NCBI RefSeq assembly: GCF_018350175.1 | Contig: NC_058368.1 | Location: forward strand, 14,138,001 to 14,202,000 | DNA: 64,000 bases | Source of the DNA: Felis catus | Taxonomy: Eukaryota | Direction of reading: 5' to 3' | Part shown: positions 38,328 to 52,782 of the stretch, piece after piece | Layout: each line of letters begins with the position of its first letter | Numbering within the stretch: the stretch's first letter is position 1 | Position numbers and translations under genes: made by a program | The notes under the pieces: model-generated | The model's input: the letters and a program-made list of their open reading frames with translations, nothing else | Told to the model about the DNA's origin: nothing | Databases searched by the model: none

Positions 38328-41300
38328 GAGTTTTAAATAGACCAGTGGTAAAAAGTACATTTAAGCAAGGACTTACAGGAGGTGAGTCATACACCTTACT
38401 AGAAAAACATTCTAGACTGAGAGAATATTTAGTGTAATGACCCCATAATATGTGTTACTTTACAATAAGAAAAAAAATCAATAAACATTATTGAAAAAAT
38501 AAATCTTAAATGTTTCCTCATTCACTTAAAGTCTTTCTTCTGTATTTATGTATGTCTTTTCCAAAAATGATTTGGCAAACTTATACAAGAATATATAAAT
38601 AGTGGTCAAAATGCTAAAATAAATGGAGGATAAATTTAGAAATGTTAGCATGGGTCCTGTAGTGTTATTAAAACTGGAACACAAATCAACACTAAGTTTG
38701 CCAGCAGCCAAAGCAAAGAAGGAATTATTTTAAGTTATTAAGACTCACATTCCTGGTTCCTCAGTGACGGTTTGTGACAATTTTAAGCTCTAAGGAATTA
38801 CAGCCAGATAACTATTAACTGCTTTATGTTGATCAGGCAAGACCCCACATACGTAGCCCCTTCCCAGAATTTGCCATGATCAGACACCTGGTCTGTTTTT
38901 TTTATTTCTTCTAGTGCTGCAGAAGGAAGGTAGAAGAAAGGGCTGGGTAGGTAACTGAGAGCTGTTTTTCTTGGGCTTCCCTAAGTTTACCTAAAATACT
39001 CTGAATTGAGTACTCTGAAAGAGTATTAAGAACATGCCTCTTGGATTTTTAAAAAATAACTATGCTAAAGATGAAACATTGGAACAAGGTATATATTGAA
39101 AGTTCACCTTGTTTTCATCTGGCAGAATACAATTTTATGTTCTAACTTTTTGGCATCCAGAGTTTATCATATTTTTTAAAAGTATGTAGATGTTATGTTC
39201 ATATTCTTTTTTGTGTTAACATTACTTAACTTAGTACAATATAGCAAATGTTAGAATTTTAGGTTTAATTTTTATTTTTTTAAATAGAAAGTTGACACAC
39301 TTAGGATATGTCCTCCAAATTTCTGCCAAACTATACATTCCAAAAACCTAGAAACATCTGCTGTATAACAGAACAACATTCTATATCTCTCACAATTTAG
39401 TTACAACTTTCCTTTTCAGACTCAACTAGTCTCCATTCTCTTGCTATAGAAAACATTAATTATTGAAAACAAGTTACACAATATCACATTTCCTTGTGTT
39501 TGTACAACTATGTCTTCTGCATTGGATCTCTTTCCTTTTTTCTTTCCCCCAAATTGTTATCATCCTTTGAATCCAGCTTCTTATTAATGTCCTCTATTCT
39601 GTAATCCTGTGTTGTTTTATTTATATAATTTTAATAAAATCGTTCCTCACTTATAAATAGGAAGTATCTTATTGTTTATGTTACATTGCCTAGCTAATAA
39701 TATTCAGTATTTTCTCTATACTTGACTAGAAAATTATTTTTGTTACTAATAATTTCTGGAAGAGGTAAGTTTTGAAAATAAGGTGGTAAGACAGATAAAA
39801 CGTTGTGTTCTATAATAAGAATTCTCCGTATTGATCAGTCATCCACAGTCACGAATTAGCTGCTATGCTCATCCAAGGTGTATTCTTGCTTTCCACCCTG
39901 GTCTCTGAAATACATGCCCTTTCATGTTCTCATTCTTGAACATGTACTCTAGATCATTCTTTTTTTTTTCCCCCTCTCCTCCATTTCCCTTCTTTCTCTA
40001 ATTTGAAACACTTCCTCTTCTCTGAGAAGAAAAACTATCAAACTATTGTAAAGGACTCGGGAGATTTACATGATAAAAATACCTTTATGCTAGCCATTGA
40101 CTTCAAAAAGAGTGCTTATGATGACTAAATCTCATTGCTTTGACTTTGTCATATATATCTGAGTGGTAGGAACAAAGTTGGGTTTAGGTAACTGAAGATA
40201 CTTGAATGTTATGAAAAGGGAAGGCAATTATTCTTAATTTCAAATAAGAATTTATTTGAAGTGCATCTTTGTTGTTTTATATTCATTGTTAATTTATACT
40301 TGTATTCATTTGGTTTTTTATAGAATAATTAGTCATTGATATTTTACATTGTCTGTGTCCTTTAAAATACAAGCTAAAATAGTGTCTTTCAATGATCTTA
40401 TCTATCACTTTTTTAGTCAACCTGTGTTAAATTACTATCGAATGATTCTAGAGTACTCAATGTAGTTCTTACCTTTTAAGGTCACTCATTGACAGTAGCT
40501 ATTTTTATATACCTTTCCTGTGTTTCTCTTGGAAATAATTAAGGATTTTTGAAGATAGCAGTTATTTAGAACTTAGTGAACTTTATATAAGAATAATTAT
40601 AGCTTTTAAATCTGTGAACTAATGCATAAAAATTAGAATAGATATATAGGCAAGTATCAAAATCCACCAGCTCAGGGAGACAAAACAACTGTTAGTCCAA
40701 AATTGTTATATTTATTTGACTTGCTGCACTGATGGAGGATACACTTCACAGGAACAGTGTGGCTTCTCTTAGAGTTTGGATTTAAAGGTGTAGGTCCAGT
40801 TGTACATTGGGGGCTGACTGTCAGGAAGCAGATTAGACCTTGCTCTCTATGTCTATATGCTCTCTATCTCATAATATCTCTATTATGCTCTATTTATACT
40901 CTATTACTATCAGTTAAGATTGGGGTGGATGAGAAGGGTGAGGTTGGATGTAATCTATAGGCTGCCTCTTTTAGAAGCTCTACATATAGGTTGAACATCT
41001 TAGAAAGAGATGGTAGCAGTGCAGAAAATGTTACACTAAAGCGTCTGTTACTCTTTTAGTGACATAAATAAATATTCTGTTAAGTCATATAATACTCCAG
41101 AATATTTAAATTTCTAAGACTAACACTTTTAAAAAAAATAGCCTGTAATTTTCACTCTACCAAAAGAGAACATCACTGAAATGTTATTATAAAAAGAATG
41201 ATCCTGATCAAGGAGGCCATATCACCCTTGAATCATTCATAGTAACAGTATGGCCAAATAATTAGAAAAACTTGCGTATGTTTAATTCAAATATTATAGA

Positions 41301-41892
41301 TTAAAATATCTGTTCAGAAGTTATTTTAAAATGGCAATAATACAAAAAAATGAACATGACAAATTCAGTGTAGATGGCAATGGGGGGCGTGCTTTTTAAA
41401 TAACCCTGAATTCCTCCATGAAAAACAGACAGAACCCTAGGCTTTGAAAAAATAATTACAACAACAAATGAACATTTACAACAAAACTAGGTGACAACGT
41501 ATCCCACTGAACTCCAAAATATGACCGGGTTGAGACACAACACCTACAGGATAACACATGGATCAGCAGAGGCATGGTAGAAAGTGGTGGGAAACAAGAC
41601 AGCATCTGAGGAAACTGGTCTACGAACACTCACTGGAAAACCCAGAGGGCTAAAACCCAGCAGCTAGAATAGAGAGGGTTTTTACACACTGTAATAGCAG
41701 ATGAGTTGAGGGGTTCCATGGTAACAACGGAAGGGGCTGAGCCGTGTAGGACCCATGAGAAATTCACCAACCTGAGTTATCTTCCAAGACAAAGTCCCAC
41801 AAGGAGAAGAAACTACTATGAAGAGAACCCAAATGGAGCAACAGAAGGGCAAGAGAGACAAAGAGAAAGTCTTCGTAAAACTGGGGAACACC

Positions 41893-42089
41893 AGGGCACC
41901 TAGGTGGCAGAGTCAGTTAAATGTCTGACTCTTGACTTCAGCTCCGCTTGTGAGATGGAACCCTGCATCAGTCTCTGCACTGAGCACAGAGCCTGCTTGG
42001 GATTTTCTCTCCCTCTCTCTTTGCCCCTACCTCCCCTCCCCCGCCTTTCTCTCTCTCTCTCTCTCACTCTCAAAATAAATTTTAAAAAA
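41893..42089 (+). mobile_element. Older CanSINE
   Basis: SINE head, CT tract, A tail. Confidence 0.87.
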
Positions 42090-42652
42090 TGGGGAAGATA
42101 AGCAGAGCTAATAGATGTCAGAAAGTACGCTGTCATATTTTTTTAAAATGACATGAAAACAAACAGAAGAGGGATCTCTAGAACCTGAAGAGGGAAAAAA
42201 AAAAAAGCTATTCTAAGAGTTTGGGTAAGTTAATGTCACATAAAATAACCAACAAAAAGTATCCTAATCCCACAAATTACAACAAGAAAAATGAGAATAA
42301 GTAGAATAATACCCTCTCAGCCCATGAAAGCAGGACAGAAAACAGATGAAAAGTTTTTAAATGAGCTAAAAAGACATCAGAAAATAATACAGGATATGAA
42401 AGAACAATTTATATCAGAATTTAAAGAATTAGAGAATCTTATAAATGCGGTTATAGAACTTAGGAAATAATTTGAAATAAAGAAAAATTATTTTAGAAAT
42501 GAAGGTTAAATTAGAAGAAATAAAGAAGTGTATAAATTCAACAGTTAAGTCTGTAAGAGTAATATAAGGTAAAAAAGGAGAAATAATAAATATTAAAAAA
42601 GTTACTAAAGGGAATGGAAAAGATGAGAGTGAAAAGGACAGATTTAGATTAC

Positions 42653-42688
42653 TATAAATATAAATATAAATATAAATATAAATATAAA
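42653..42688. repeat. (TATAAA)n hexamer repeat
   Basis: About 6 tandem copies. Confidence 0.9.
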
Positions 42689-42780
42689 GAGTTTCCAAAG
42701 AAGAAACCAAATAAAAGAATAGCAACATAATAAGACCATAATTCAAGGAAACTCCTGGAATTTGAAAAAAAGAGAGATTT

Positions 42781-42783
<3 letters not shown>

Positions 42784-42831
<48 letters not shown>
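42784..42831. repeat. (AT)24 microsatellite
   Basis: Perfect run. Confidence 0.97.
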
Positions 42832-42834
<3 letters not shown>

Positions 42835-44590
42835 AAAAGCACACTGAATATCTGAGAAAATTACTCAAATGACCAACACTGAGACACATTCTAATAAAAT
42901 TAATGAATTTTAAAGAAAAAGAAAAATAATCTCAGGCATCTAGATAAAAATACAAATTAACTTGGGGAAAGAGAATCAAATTGTCATCATAATTTTTGAT
43001 GGACATATTTTCTACCAGAAGAAAGTGGGGTAGGATATTTAAGATACTCTAGGAATGAAAATGGCAGCCAAACTGGCTTTCATGTATGAAAGATAAACAG
43101 ATAAACTGTTACAATGAAAGAATTCAGGGAATATTATTCCTATTAGGCTCTCCTGAATAATCTACTGTAGAATAAGTATCAGGCAACCTAAGTGACTGGA
43201 GAGTGTAAACATGATAACCCATGATAGCCATCAAGTATACATGTGTTTAGACAACTAACTGAACTAATTTGGCTATATGGGAGAGAGTTATAGTAGTATA
43301 TAATGGCTTTATGCCCTGAAAACTGAAAAAAGGAGGAGGACAATAATTATATTTGTGGTGGCATTACTGATATTTTTTATAAAACTGTTACATAATGTTA
43401 CATAAAACCAATTAATAATTGTTGATATTGTAATTATTTTATCTTGTGTGCCTGAAAATTAAGATTCTCATTAAATCTCTTATTAGTTTTGAATTTGAAT
43501 GGGATATTATAAAAGCTAAATTATTATCTGCATGCACACACACACACACACACAAACAGACACACATTCATATATGTACTCTAGTTCTGTCTACTGTTTT
43601 GCCTAGGAACAATGACAAGTTAGTAGCAGAGAGTACATCTGGATTCTAGATTGTAGTCTTGAAATATCATTTACCACTGAAAGAAACCAGTTTTTGGAGA
43701 AATGAATGATGCCAAGGCTAGAACAGTAAATGTTCATGATTTGCCTGCAACATTTGGTGATACCAAAACCAAGGAAAATATCAAACACTGTCAAAAGTAC
43801 TCAGGACCTAACTTGAAGACACTCTTATTGGCCAAACATGGGGCATTTTCAACATCAGTAGGTATAATAACTGCAGTGCATCCAAATGCATGGATATGTT
43901 AAATATGTAAGTTGTAAGACTGATTTTTAAAATGACTTGGTTGAATTTAGAAGATAGGGAGCCAATTCATTATTTTGAAAACTGATCAATAAAGGGAAAA
44001 ATTTGTCTTGTTATTCCTTTGTAAGTTATATCATTTACGTTATCCAATCATTAATGAGGGAAGTCTTCTTTTACAGAAATATAAATATATCTGATAAGTG
44101 ATAGATTTTTGGGTTAGGTCATTAACATTTAGCATCCCCTGAGAAATTAATAGACCTTAGCATCAATTGCTGCTAACATCACAGAAGGAGAGACAAGTAG
44201 ATAACCGGATGGGAGAAAGCTCTATCATCCATCAAGACTGACTGAGTGACCGGATGAATGGATGGATGAATGAATAAAGTAAAGCTAAATCTGATTGAGA
44301 TTATATACCCAATATGTTAAACTACGCCATAAGAATTCTGCCATCAAAATTAACACTGGTGGAAATTCTATACAATAAATATCTTGGTTCCTTCAAAATA
44401 ATTTATATAGGGAAAAAAGTGATAGAGGGGATCTGTAGCTTAAAAGAGCATTAAAAGATATCTCAAAAAATTAATAAAACTGAATTGTTTATAGCTATAA
44501 CTATCATTTTTGGGTCATAAGCTTTAAAAAGAAAAATCAAAGTGATTATCATAAAAATTAGGTAATGATTTGTTAAAAAGAAGGAGAATA

Positions 44591-44789
44591 GGGGCGCCTG
44601 GGTGGCGCAGTCGGTTAAGTGTCCGACTTCAGCCAGGTCACGATCTCGCGGTCCGGGAGTTCGAGCCCCGCGTCAGGCTCTGGGCTGATGGCTCGGAGCC
44701 TGGAGCCTGTTTCCGATTCTGTGTCTCCTCCCTCCTTCATGCTCTGTCTCTCTCTGTCCCAAAAATAAATAAACGTTGAAAAAAAAAAA
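44591..44789 (+). mobile_element. Young felid CanSINE with a deletion in the CT region
   Basis: 16-bp TSD aaaaagaaggagaata at 44575-44590 and 44790-44805. Confidence 0.97.
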
Positions 44790-46824
44790 AAAAAGAAGGA
44801 GAATAACACAAGACACATGGAGGGCTTCTGGGATACTTGGCAAAAGTCTGTTTCTTCAGCTATGTAGTGGTTTTAGTGATGTTCATTTTAAAATAATTCT
44901 TAATCTATGTTTTATGCATTTTACTTATCTGTGTTGTATTTTACAGAAGAATTTTAATGTTCTCGAAGGAGAAAGTTATAAGAAGCTTTTATTGACATTA
45001 AGACATAAGTAACACTGACTATATCACGTTCATGGTAGAAAGATGATATCACAAAGAAGTAATTTCTGTCCATGATAATCCATCACTTTCAATAAAAAAA
45101 ATTTTCAGAAAATCTCAAATTATTTTCATGGAATTTGATGAGTTTTTCTCTTAAATTTCTGTAGTTGAATGGAGGTTGAAAAAAACCAACATAATTTTAA
45201 AGATGAACAAGCTGTTATAACTTTAAAGGTGTGGTAGTGGCCTGAGCTAAACAGATCAGGCACATTCATTCTCTCTCTGTCTGTCTCAAAATAAATAAAA
45301 AGAAAATATGTGTAGAATTTGTGCAAAATAATTGAAAAGGGGATTAAAGCACATCATTAAAAAAAGTTAAACACAAAGAAAGGCAGTAAGGGAGCAAATG
45401 AGGTACCAAAATGCTTTAAAACAGACAGAGCACAATTTGCAAAATGACAATAGTAAGTTCTTCCCTATCAGTAATTACTTAAAAAGTTAAGTTTATTAAA
45501 TGCTCCAATCAAAAGACATAGATTGAATGATTTACAAAGAAAAATGATTCAATTAAATGCTGTCTACAAGAGATTCATTTTAAATCCCAGCACACATACA
45601 CAGATAGAAGATGAAAGAGTGGAAAAAAGATATTCCATGCAAATAGTAACCAAAACAGAACAGAGGTAGATATACTAATATAAGACAAAAGAGACTTTTA
45701 ACTCAAATGTTTAAGGATACCACCAGTTCACTGGTGTTATATGTAAGTGATGAATCACCAAATTCTACTCCTGAAATCATTGTTACACTATATGTTAATG
45801 AACTTGTATTTAATTTAAAAAACAAAAATTAAAAAAATAAAATATCATTAAAACTCACAATCTATAAGCAGATAACTATAAGTTAAATTGTGAAATACCT
45901 ACATAATTAAATCTTAAGCAGCCAATAAAAAGCATCATATATAGAATGTTGTCTGATCATTGGAATCTCCTGGTGTGTTATAAAAGCATAGGGCTTACCC
46001 TAGACTTACTGAATCAAAATCTCCATGAGGAAAGAATGGATATATATTTTTTCATCAGGCTGCCAGGTGATTTTTATGGTGAGGCAAATACATGAAATTC
46101 TTTTATAGAAAATGTATGTTCATTGCTGAGAGAATAAAATGCTATCAATATATACCATTCTTTAACATTCTCATAAAAATAATAATTAAAAAGAAACAGA
46201 AACTCAAAAAAATATATACCACCAGATCCACCAGATCTTCTCAAAATTTTCTAAAACACTGAAATTGAAGAGAAGTGAATACCTTCAAACTTACTATATG
46301 AGGCCAGCATTTCCCTGACACTGAGACCAGACAAAAACATTAAAAGAAAATTCAGACCCAAATCCTTTATAAAAACTGATGCAGAAATCCTCATCAAAAT
46401 ACTAGCAAATCAAAGTCAGCAGCATATTAAAAAGGATTATACATATGACCAAGAGTGATGTATTCCTAGAACCCAAGGATGGTTCACATAGGAAAACCGA
46501 TATAAATGTAAGACACCACATTAATAGAAGGAAGGAAAAGAAAAAACCTACAATCATCCCAATTGATGCAGAAAAATGATTTAACCAATTCAACATCCTT
46601 TTATGATAAAAACACTTAAACTAGGAAGAGAGGAAAACTAACTCAGCATAATATAGGCCATATATAAAAAAATTAAAAGCTAACATGCTTAATGGCAAAA
46701 AAAAATGAAAGCTTTTCCTTCAAGATCAAGAGCAAGATAGGGATGCCCACTTTAACCACTTCTGTGCAACATAGCACTGGAAGTTTTAGTAAGAGTAATT
46801 ATGTTAAAAAAAGAAAAGGCATCA

Positions 46825-46988
46825 GGGGCACCTGGGTGGCTGGGTTGGTTAAACATCCAACTTTGACTCAGGTCATGATCTCGCAGTTCATGGGTTTGAG
46901 CCTCCCATTGGGCTCTGTACTGATAGCTCAGAGCCTGGAGCCTGCTTCGGGTTCTGTGTCTCCCTCTCTCTGCCCGTCCCCTGCTCAT

Positions 46989-47022
<34 letters not shown>

Positions 47023-47050
47023 AAAGATAAACATTAATTTTTTTAAAAAA
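46825..47050 (+). mobile_element. CanSINE within L1
   Basis: Full SINE body. Confidence 0.92.
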
Positions 47051-48407
47051 ACATCAAAATTGGAAAGGAAAAAGTAAAATTATCTGTTTGTATATTACAT
47101 GACCTTATATGTAGAAAACCCTAGATATTCTACAAAATATTTGTTAATGAATTCAACACAATACAAAATCAACACTTCAAAAATCAGTTGTATCCTATAA
47201 ATGAACATTGAAAAATACAAGAAGGAAATTAAGAAAACAATTTACAATCACATCAAAAAGAGTAAAATATTTAGGAATAAACTTAACCAACGAGCTAAAA
47301 AGAAAGTCTTATAAACTGAAAACTATAAAACACTGATGAGAGAAATAAAAGAAGAAACAAATAATTGGAGAGACAGCCCATAGCCCATGTTTATGGGAAG
47401 ACTAATATTGCTAAGATGTCAATATTACCCACAATCTACAGATTTAATGTAGTCTCTCTCAAAATTCCAGTGGTGCTTATTGAAAAATAACAAAATCTAT
47501 ACTAATATGAATATGGAATCTCAGGGAGCCCCAATTAGCCAAAACAGTCTTGAGAACAAACAAAGTTGGAGGTTTCCTTCTTCCTGATTTCAAAGCTTAT
47601 TACAAAGCTACAGTAATCAAAGAGTATGGTACTGGCCTAAACACAGACTCATAGACCAATGGGATAGAATCTCTGGCCCAGAAATGAACCTTTGCATACA
47701 TGATCAAATAATTTTCAACATGGATTCCAAGACCATTCAGTTGGAGAAAGGACAGTCTTGTTAACAAATCATGTTGTGAAAACCTGATGTCCATATATGA
47801 ATGAATGAAGTTGAGCCCTTAACCTTACACCATGTACAAAAATTTAAACAGATCAAAGACCTAAATTTAAGACCTAAAACTATAAAACTTTTAGAAGAAA
47901 ACATAAAGATAAAACTCATGTTACTGGATTTGGCGATGGTTTCTTAGATATGAAACCAAAAGCACAGGGAACCAAAGTAAAAATAGATAAATTAGACTTC
48001 ATCAAATTTAGAATCTTTTGTGTACCAAAGGACACAATCAATAGTGTAAAAAGGCAGCATACAAACAGGGAGAAAATATTTACAAACCAAATCTATTGAA
48101 GGTTTAATATTGAGAATATATAAAGAACTACTACAATTCAGCAAGAAAAACATAAGCAATTTAAAAAGGAGCATATTAAAGCCACAAGGTATCACCTCAC
48201 ACCCTTTAGAATGGCTACTATCAAAAACCCAGAAAATAAAATGTTGTCAAGGATGTGGAGAAACTGAAAACCTTGCATACTCTTGGTGGAAATGTAAAAT
48301 TGTGTAGCCAGTATGGAAAACAGCATGGCAGTTCCTCGAAATATTGGAAATAGAATTATCACATGAATCAGCAATTCTCCTTCTGGGTGTGTATCTATAA
48401 GAATTGA

Positions 48408-48607
48408 GGGGTGCCTGGGTGGCTCAATTGGTTGAGCGTCTGACTTCAGCTCAGGTCATGATCTCACGGTTCATGATTTCGGGCCGGCCCCGTGCCAGAC
48501 TCTGTGCTGACAGCTCAAAGCCTGGAGCCTGCTTTGGATTCTGTGTCTCCCTCTCTCTCTACACTCCACCCCCACTCAAAAATAAAAATAAACATTAAAA
48601 TTTTTAG
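48408..48607 (+). mobile_element. CanSINE within L1
   Basis: Full SINE body, TSD aagaattga. Confidence 0.92.
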
Positions 48608-49121
48608 AAGAATTGAAAGCAAATGTCAAACGTGTATTTTTACACTCATATTCATAGTGACATTATTCAAAATACCCAAGGGGTGGAAACACCCTTAGTG
48701 ACCATATATAGATGAATGGATAAACAAGATGTGGTCTATAAATGCAGTGGAATATTATTCAGTCTTAAAAAAGCGAGAGACTTCTGACTTGCTACAACAG
48801 GGATGTACCTTTGGGGACATTATGCTAAGTGAAATAAGCAAATAACATAAAGACTGTATGATTCCCTTTATATGAGATATCTAGAATTGTCAAATTTATG
48901 TATACAGAAAGTAGGATAGTTGCCAAGGGATGTGGGAGAAACAGGGAGTTGTTTAATGGTAATAGTGTTTCAGTTTTGCAAGATGGAAAAGTTCTGGAGG
49001 TTGCACAACACTATGAATATACTTACGAGTTAAAAATGGTTAAGATAGAAATTTTTATAGAAAATTTTCTTTTTTTAAGAAAAGTGAAAAGTTTAGCCAC
49101 AGACTGGAAAGATGTACTTCT

Positions 49122-49771
49122 TTTTTTTTTAATATATGAAATTTATTGTCAAATTGGTTTCCATACAACACCCAGTTCTCATCCCAAAAGGTTCCCTCCT
49201 CAATACCCATCACCCACCCTCCCCTCCCTCCCACCCCCCATCAACCCTCAGTTTGTTCTCCGTTTTTAAGAGTCTCTTATGCTTTGGCTCTCTCCCACTC
49301 TGACCTCTTTTTGTTTTTCCTTCCCCTCCCCCATGGGTTTCTGTTAAGTTTCTCAGGACCCACGTAAGAGTGAACACATAGGGTATCTGTCTTTCTCTGT
49401 ATGGCTTATTTCACTTAGCATCACACTCTCCAGTTCCATCCATGTTGCTACAAAGGAGCATATTTCATTCTTTCTCATTGCCACGTAGTACTCCGTTGTG
49501 TATAGAAACCAAAATTTCTTTATCCATTCATCAGTTGATGGACATTTAGGCTGTTTCCACAATTTGTCTATTGTTGAGAGTGCTGCTATAAACATTGGGG
49601 GACAAGTGCCCCTATGCATCAGTACTCCTGTATCCCTTGGGTAAATTCCTAGCAGTGCTATTGCTAGGTCATAGGGTAGGTCTATTTTTAATTTTTTGAG
49701 GAACCTCCACACTGTTTTCCAGAGCGGCTGTACCAGTTTGCATTCCCACCAACAGTGCAAGAGGGTTCCCG
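49122..49771 (-). mobile_element. Young felid L1 3' end (5'-truncated, 650 bp)
   Basis: Open ORF2 C-terminus ([18 protein letters not shown]...). Perfect 17-bp TSD tggaaagatgtacttct at 49105-49121 and 49772-49788. TT/AGAA endonuclease-type site. Confidence 0.97.
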
Positions 49772-50570
49772 TGGAAAGATGTACTTCTAACACCAATAAT
49801 TGAAAAAGATCGAAATCCAGGTTACACAAAACAGCTACCAATCGATAAGAAACTCGTAATTCCACAGAACAGTGGGTAAAAGGCAAAATCATTTAATTTG
49901 CAGATGAGGAAAATGCAGATGGTCAGTAAACATGTAAAAGCAAAAGTTCAACCTCATTTTTAATCAGGTAAATGGTACAAAATATGTCTTTGTATCCAGT
50001 TAGTTAAAAATTTATATTTAAAACCCATCCCATTGGCACAAAATATATATTTTTTAAATCCATGTACTAAGGGTGTAGAATCATCTAGTGGGAGTGTAAA
50101 TTAATGCAAACACTTTGAAATATAATTTACTTATAAATTTGAATTTGTAAGTTGTATTGACTCAGCAATTTCATGCCTGTGTTTGTACCGTGAAGTAATT
50201 TTTGCATATGTACACAAGCAGATGTAAATATAAAATATTTATAGCAACACTGTTTTTGCTGAGGACAAACTAGAAGCAAACTGTTCACTAACAAAAGAGT
50301 GGACAAATGAATGGTATGGTTGTGTATTACAGTACTATGCAGTAGTGAAATGCAATTTTATAAAAACATTTTTGACCAAAAGAGCTTGTATAGTACTGTA
50401 TCTTATATAGAAATTCATTAGTATGTGGCAAAATTTTTTAAATGTGACTCAAAATGGTTCATTTATAATTGTTGTTGTTTCTAGGGAATTGGGATCAGGG
50501 AAGATTACACAAGTGCTTCGGGTCTATAATTTTTATTCCTTAAGATGGGTGTTGATTATCATTACATTAC

Positions 50571-50780
50571 CAGAGGTCAACGCACTGTGGCTTGACAGCC
50601 AAGTATACCATCCACCTGTTTTTGTAAATAAAGTTTTATTGGAATCCAGATATGCCATTGTTTTATGCATATAGAAACTACTTTTATGTTGACAGTGGCA
50701 GAGTTGATTGATTTAGCCAGAGGCTGATATCCCACAAAACATTTACTGTCTGACTCTTGTAGAAAAAAAAATGACCCCTG
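50571..50780. mobile_element. MER58A-like MITE
   Basis: cagaggtca...tttttgtaaataaagttttattggaa...tgacccctg. Confidence 0.8.
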
Positions 50781-51143
50781 AACTGGACCAATATCTATAC
50801 CAATATGCCTTTCAGTATTCCTAACAACAACAACAACAAAAATACTAAAGAAATAATGTGTTATGATTGTTAAGATTGTTATCTTGACACTTCTAATGAA
50901 GTTATAGAGGCTCTTTGTGGATGAAGAAAGGCAAAAAGTCATGAATACAGTTGATTGATTCCCAGTTAATTAGTTTTGGACATGGTTTTGGAAATTTGTC
51001 AGGTCACATACATTATTTGTTTCTCAAAATTCAAGCCATAATATTACCAATTATGCCTTATAATTTACTATGTCTCCCCTATAACCAAGTACTTATCTAA
51101 ATCTTTAGTTAGCTAAAAATAATGAATTAAACATGACCTTATT

Positions 51144-51357
51144 GGGGTGCCTAGGCGGCTTGGTCGGTTAAGCAACCAACTTCAGCTCAGGTCATGATCT
51201 CGCAGTTCATGAGTTCGAGACCCATGCTGGGCTCTGTGCTCACAGCTCAGAGCCTGGAGCCTGCTTCAGATTCTGTGTTTCCTTCTCTGTCTGCCCCTCC
51301 CCCTCCCATGCTCTGTTTCTCTCTCTTCCAAATAAATAATCTTTAATTTTTTTTTAA
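51144..51357 (+). mobile_element. CanSINE
   Basis: TSD atgaccttatt. Confidence 0.92.
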
Positions 51358-51594
51358 GAAATGACCTTATTTTTTTCTATCTTTTTGAGTAAATGATAAT
51401 AGTGTACATAAGAACTTTATGCCTAGTTAAAAGCATTTAGTTATTTGTTCAATTCTAATTAGGATCTTCGGGGGTAATATTTTTATTATAAAACTCTTAA
51501 GCAATTAAAATTATATTGTAAAGCCTTCAAAAATATAAGTTTCTATAGTTTTTATTCCTTTTGATAGCAGTGTCAATATAAATAATACCTTAAG

Positions 51595-51852
51595 GTTTTT
51601 TGTTTTGTTTTGTTTTTTGTTTTGTTTTGAGAGAGAGGGAGAGAGCATTACTGTGCACAAGTGAAGGAGGGGCAGAGAGAGAGAGAGAGAGAGACAGAGA
51701 GACAGAGAGAGAGAGACAGAGAATCCCAAGGAGGCTCCACACTGTCAGCATAGAGCACAACATGGGGCTCAATATCATGAACCATGAGGTATTATGACCT
51801 GAGCCGAAATCCAGAGTTGGGCTCTTAACTGACTTAGCCAACTGGGTGCCCC
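51595..51852 (-). mobile_element. Older CanSINE
   Basis: (GA)n tract, body ending ggtgcccc. Confidence 0.9.
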
Positions 51853-52161
51853 TAGGGTTTTTTTATTCTTGAAATAAGAACTGACAAATTTTTTTCTAAG
51901 TTAAAAAAACTCACAGTTCAATTAACCATCTTAATATTATATCTTTTGCTTATTATAGTTGTTGACATACTACTTTGAGTTTGAATTCTCTTATTTAAAT
52001 TTAAAAAATATTCAAAATTGATACAGCAAATATATTTCATTCCTTGGGGGGGGGGGGGGGAAGATGCTGTCACAGTGTTCTATCCAAGGTGTGAAATAGA
52101 GAAATCCAAACTGGATTCTGTAAGTCAAAGGCTCATTAAAAATTATAGATGTTAACATATT

Positions 52162-52372
52162 TTTTTAATGTTTATTTATTTATTTTGAGAGAGACAGAGA
52201 CAGAGCATGAGTGGGGGAGGGGCAGAGAGAGAGGGAGACACAGTATCTGAAGCAGGTTCCAGTCTCCGAGCTGTCAACACAGAGCCTGATGCGGGGCTCG
52301 AACTCACAAACCATGAGACCATGACTTGAGCTGAAGTCAGAAGCTTATCCGACTGAGCCACCCAGGGTCCCC
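52162..52372 (-). mobile_element. CanSINE
   Basis: TSD-like gat.ttaacatatttt. Confidence 0.92.
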
Positions 52373-52782
52373 TGATTTTAACATATTTTTGACACTAACA
52401 GTCCTGAATTTTCAGTTTTACTCTTGGTAATTCTTGCCAGTATCTTTTTATCTATTTAAAATATTGTCTATATAATTAATTTCTGTACCACTGAGAGATG
52501 AGATGGTGCAGTAGTCATCTAATTTTTCTCAAAACTTCTATTAAAATTTACATTTTAAGAGTAGCAATGGACAGGACAACAGTGGTTATGTCTAGTGACT
52601 GAGATATTTTTAAGAACATTTTGTGGTTTGTTTCAATTTTTACACAAATTTGAGTTTTTAATGCACAAGATGATGGTATAGCCTGAAGGAAATGGAAAGC
52701 AAACTTAAGTAATTCCTACTCTAGACAAAGATGAATCTAGCAACAACAACTAAAAAAAAAAAAAAAAAAAAAAACATTTCTA

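Larger units (their letters stand above)
37595..38445 (-). mobile_element. L2 3' end (antisense), interrupted by an L1 tail and by an inverted duplication
   Basis: ccctgcctt.gagtttatattc...tatagcatgttagaaggtgg...ggttgcagttttaaa...acatttaagcaaggactt..aggaggtgag resembles L2 antisense. Confidence 0.7.
41375..44960 (+). mobile_element. Ancient L1ME/HAL1-type 5' end and ORF1 remnant followed by an L1MC-like 3' region
   Basis: acaacaaaactaggtgac... 5' signature, A-rich degenerate ORF1, L1MC-like 3' end from ~43550. Confidence 0.6.
45320..49075 (+). mobile_element. Old L1 (L1MA/MB-like) ORF2 remnants: endonuclease part ~45320-45715, RT to 3' end ~46230-49075
   Basis: aaatgctccaatcaaaagacatagattg (EN); tatgaggccagcat...gatgcagaaatcctca (RT); 3' end gtttcagttttgcaagatggaaaagttctggag. 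Confidence 0.85.

Noticed and set aside
38368..38388. cag|GAG|gtgagt 3-nt microexon-like string
   Set aside because: Lies in antisense L2 sequence and has no polypyrimidine tract.
40740..40762. Possible neural microexon cttcacag|GAACA|gtgtgg after exon D (from memory, LRBA has two extra residues at this junction)
   Set aside because: Available GT donors give 5 or 7 nt, which is not frame-preserving. Donor and pyrimidine tract are weak.
49353..49892. 179-aa ORF here and 142-aa ORF at 56587-57015 as host genes
   Set aside because: Both are L1 ORF2 C-terminal fragments in 5'-truncated, TSD-flanked insertions.
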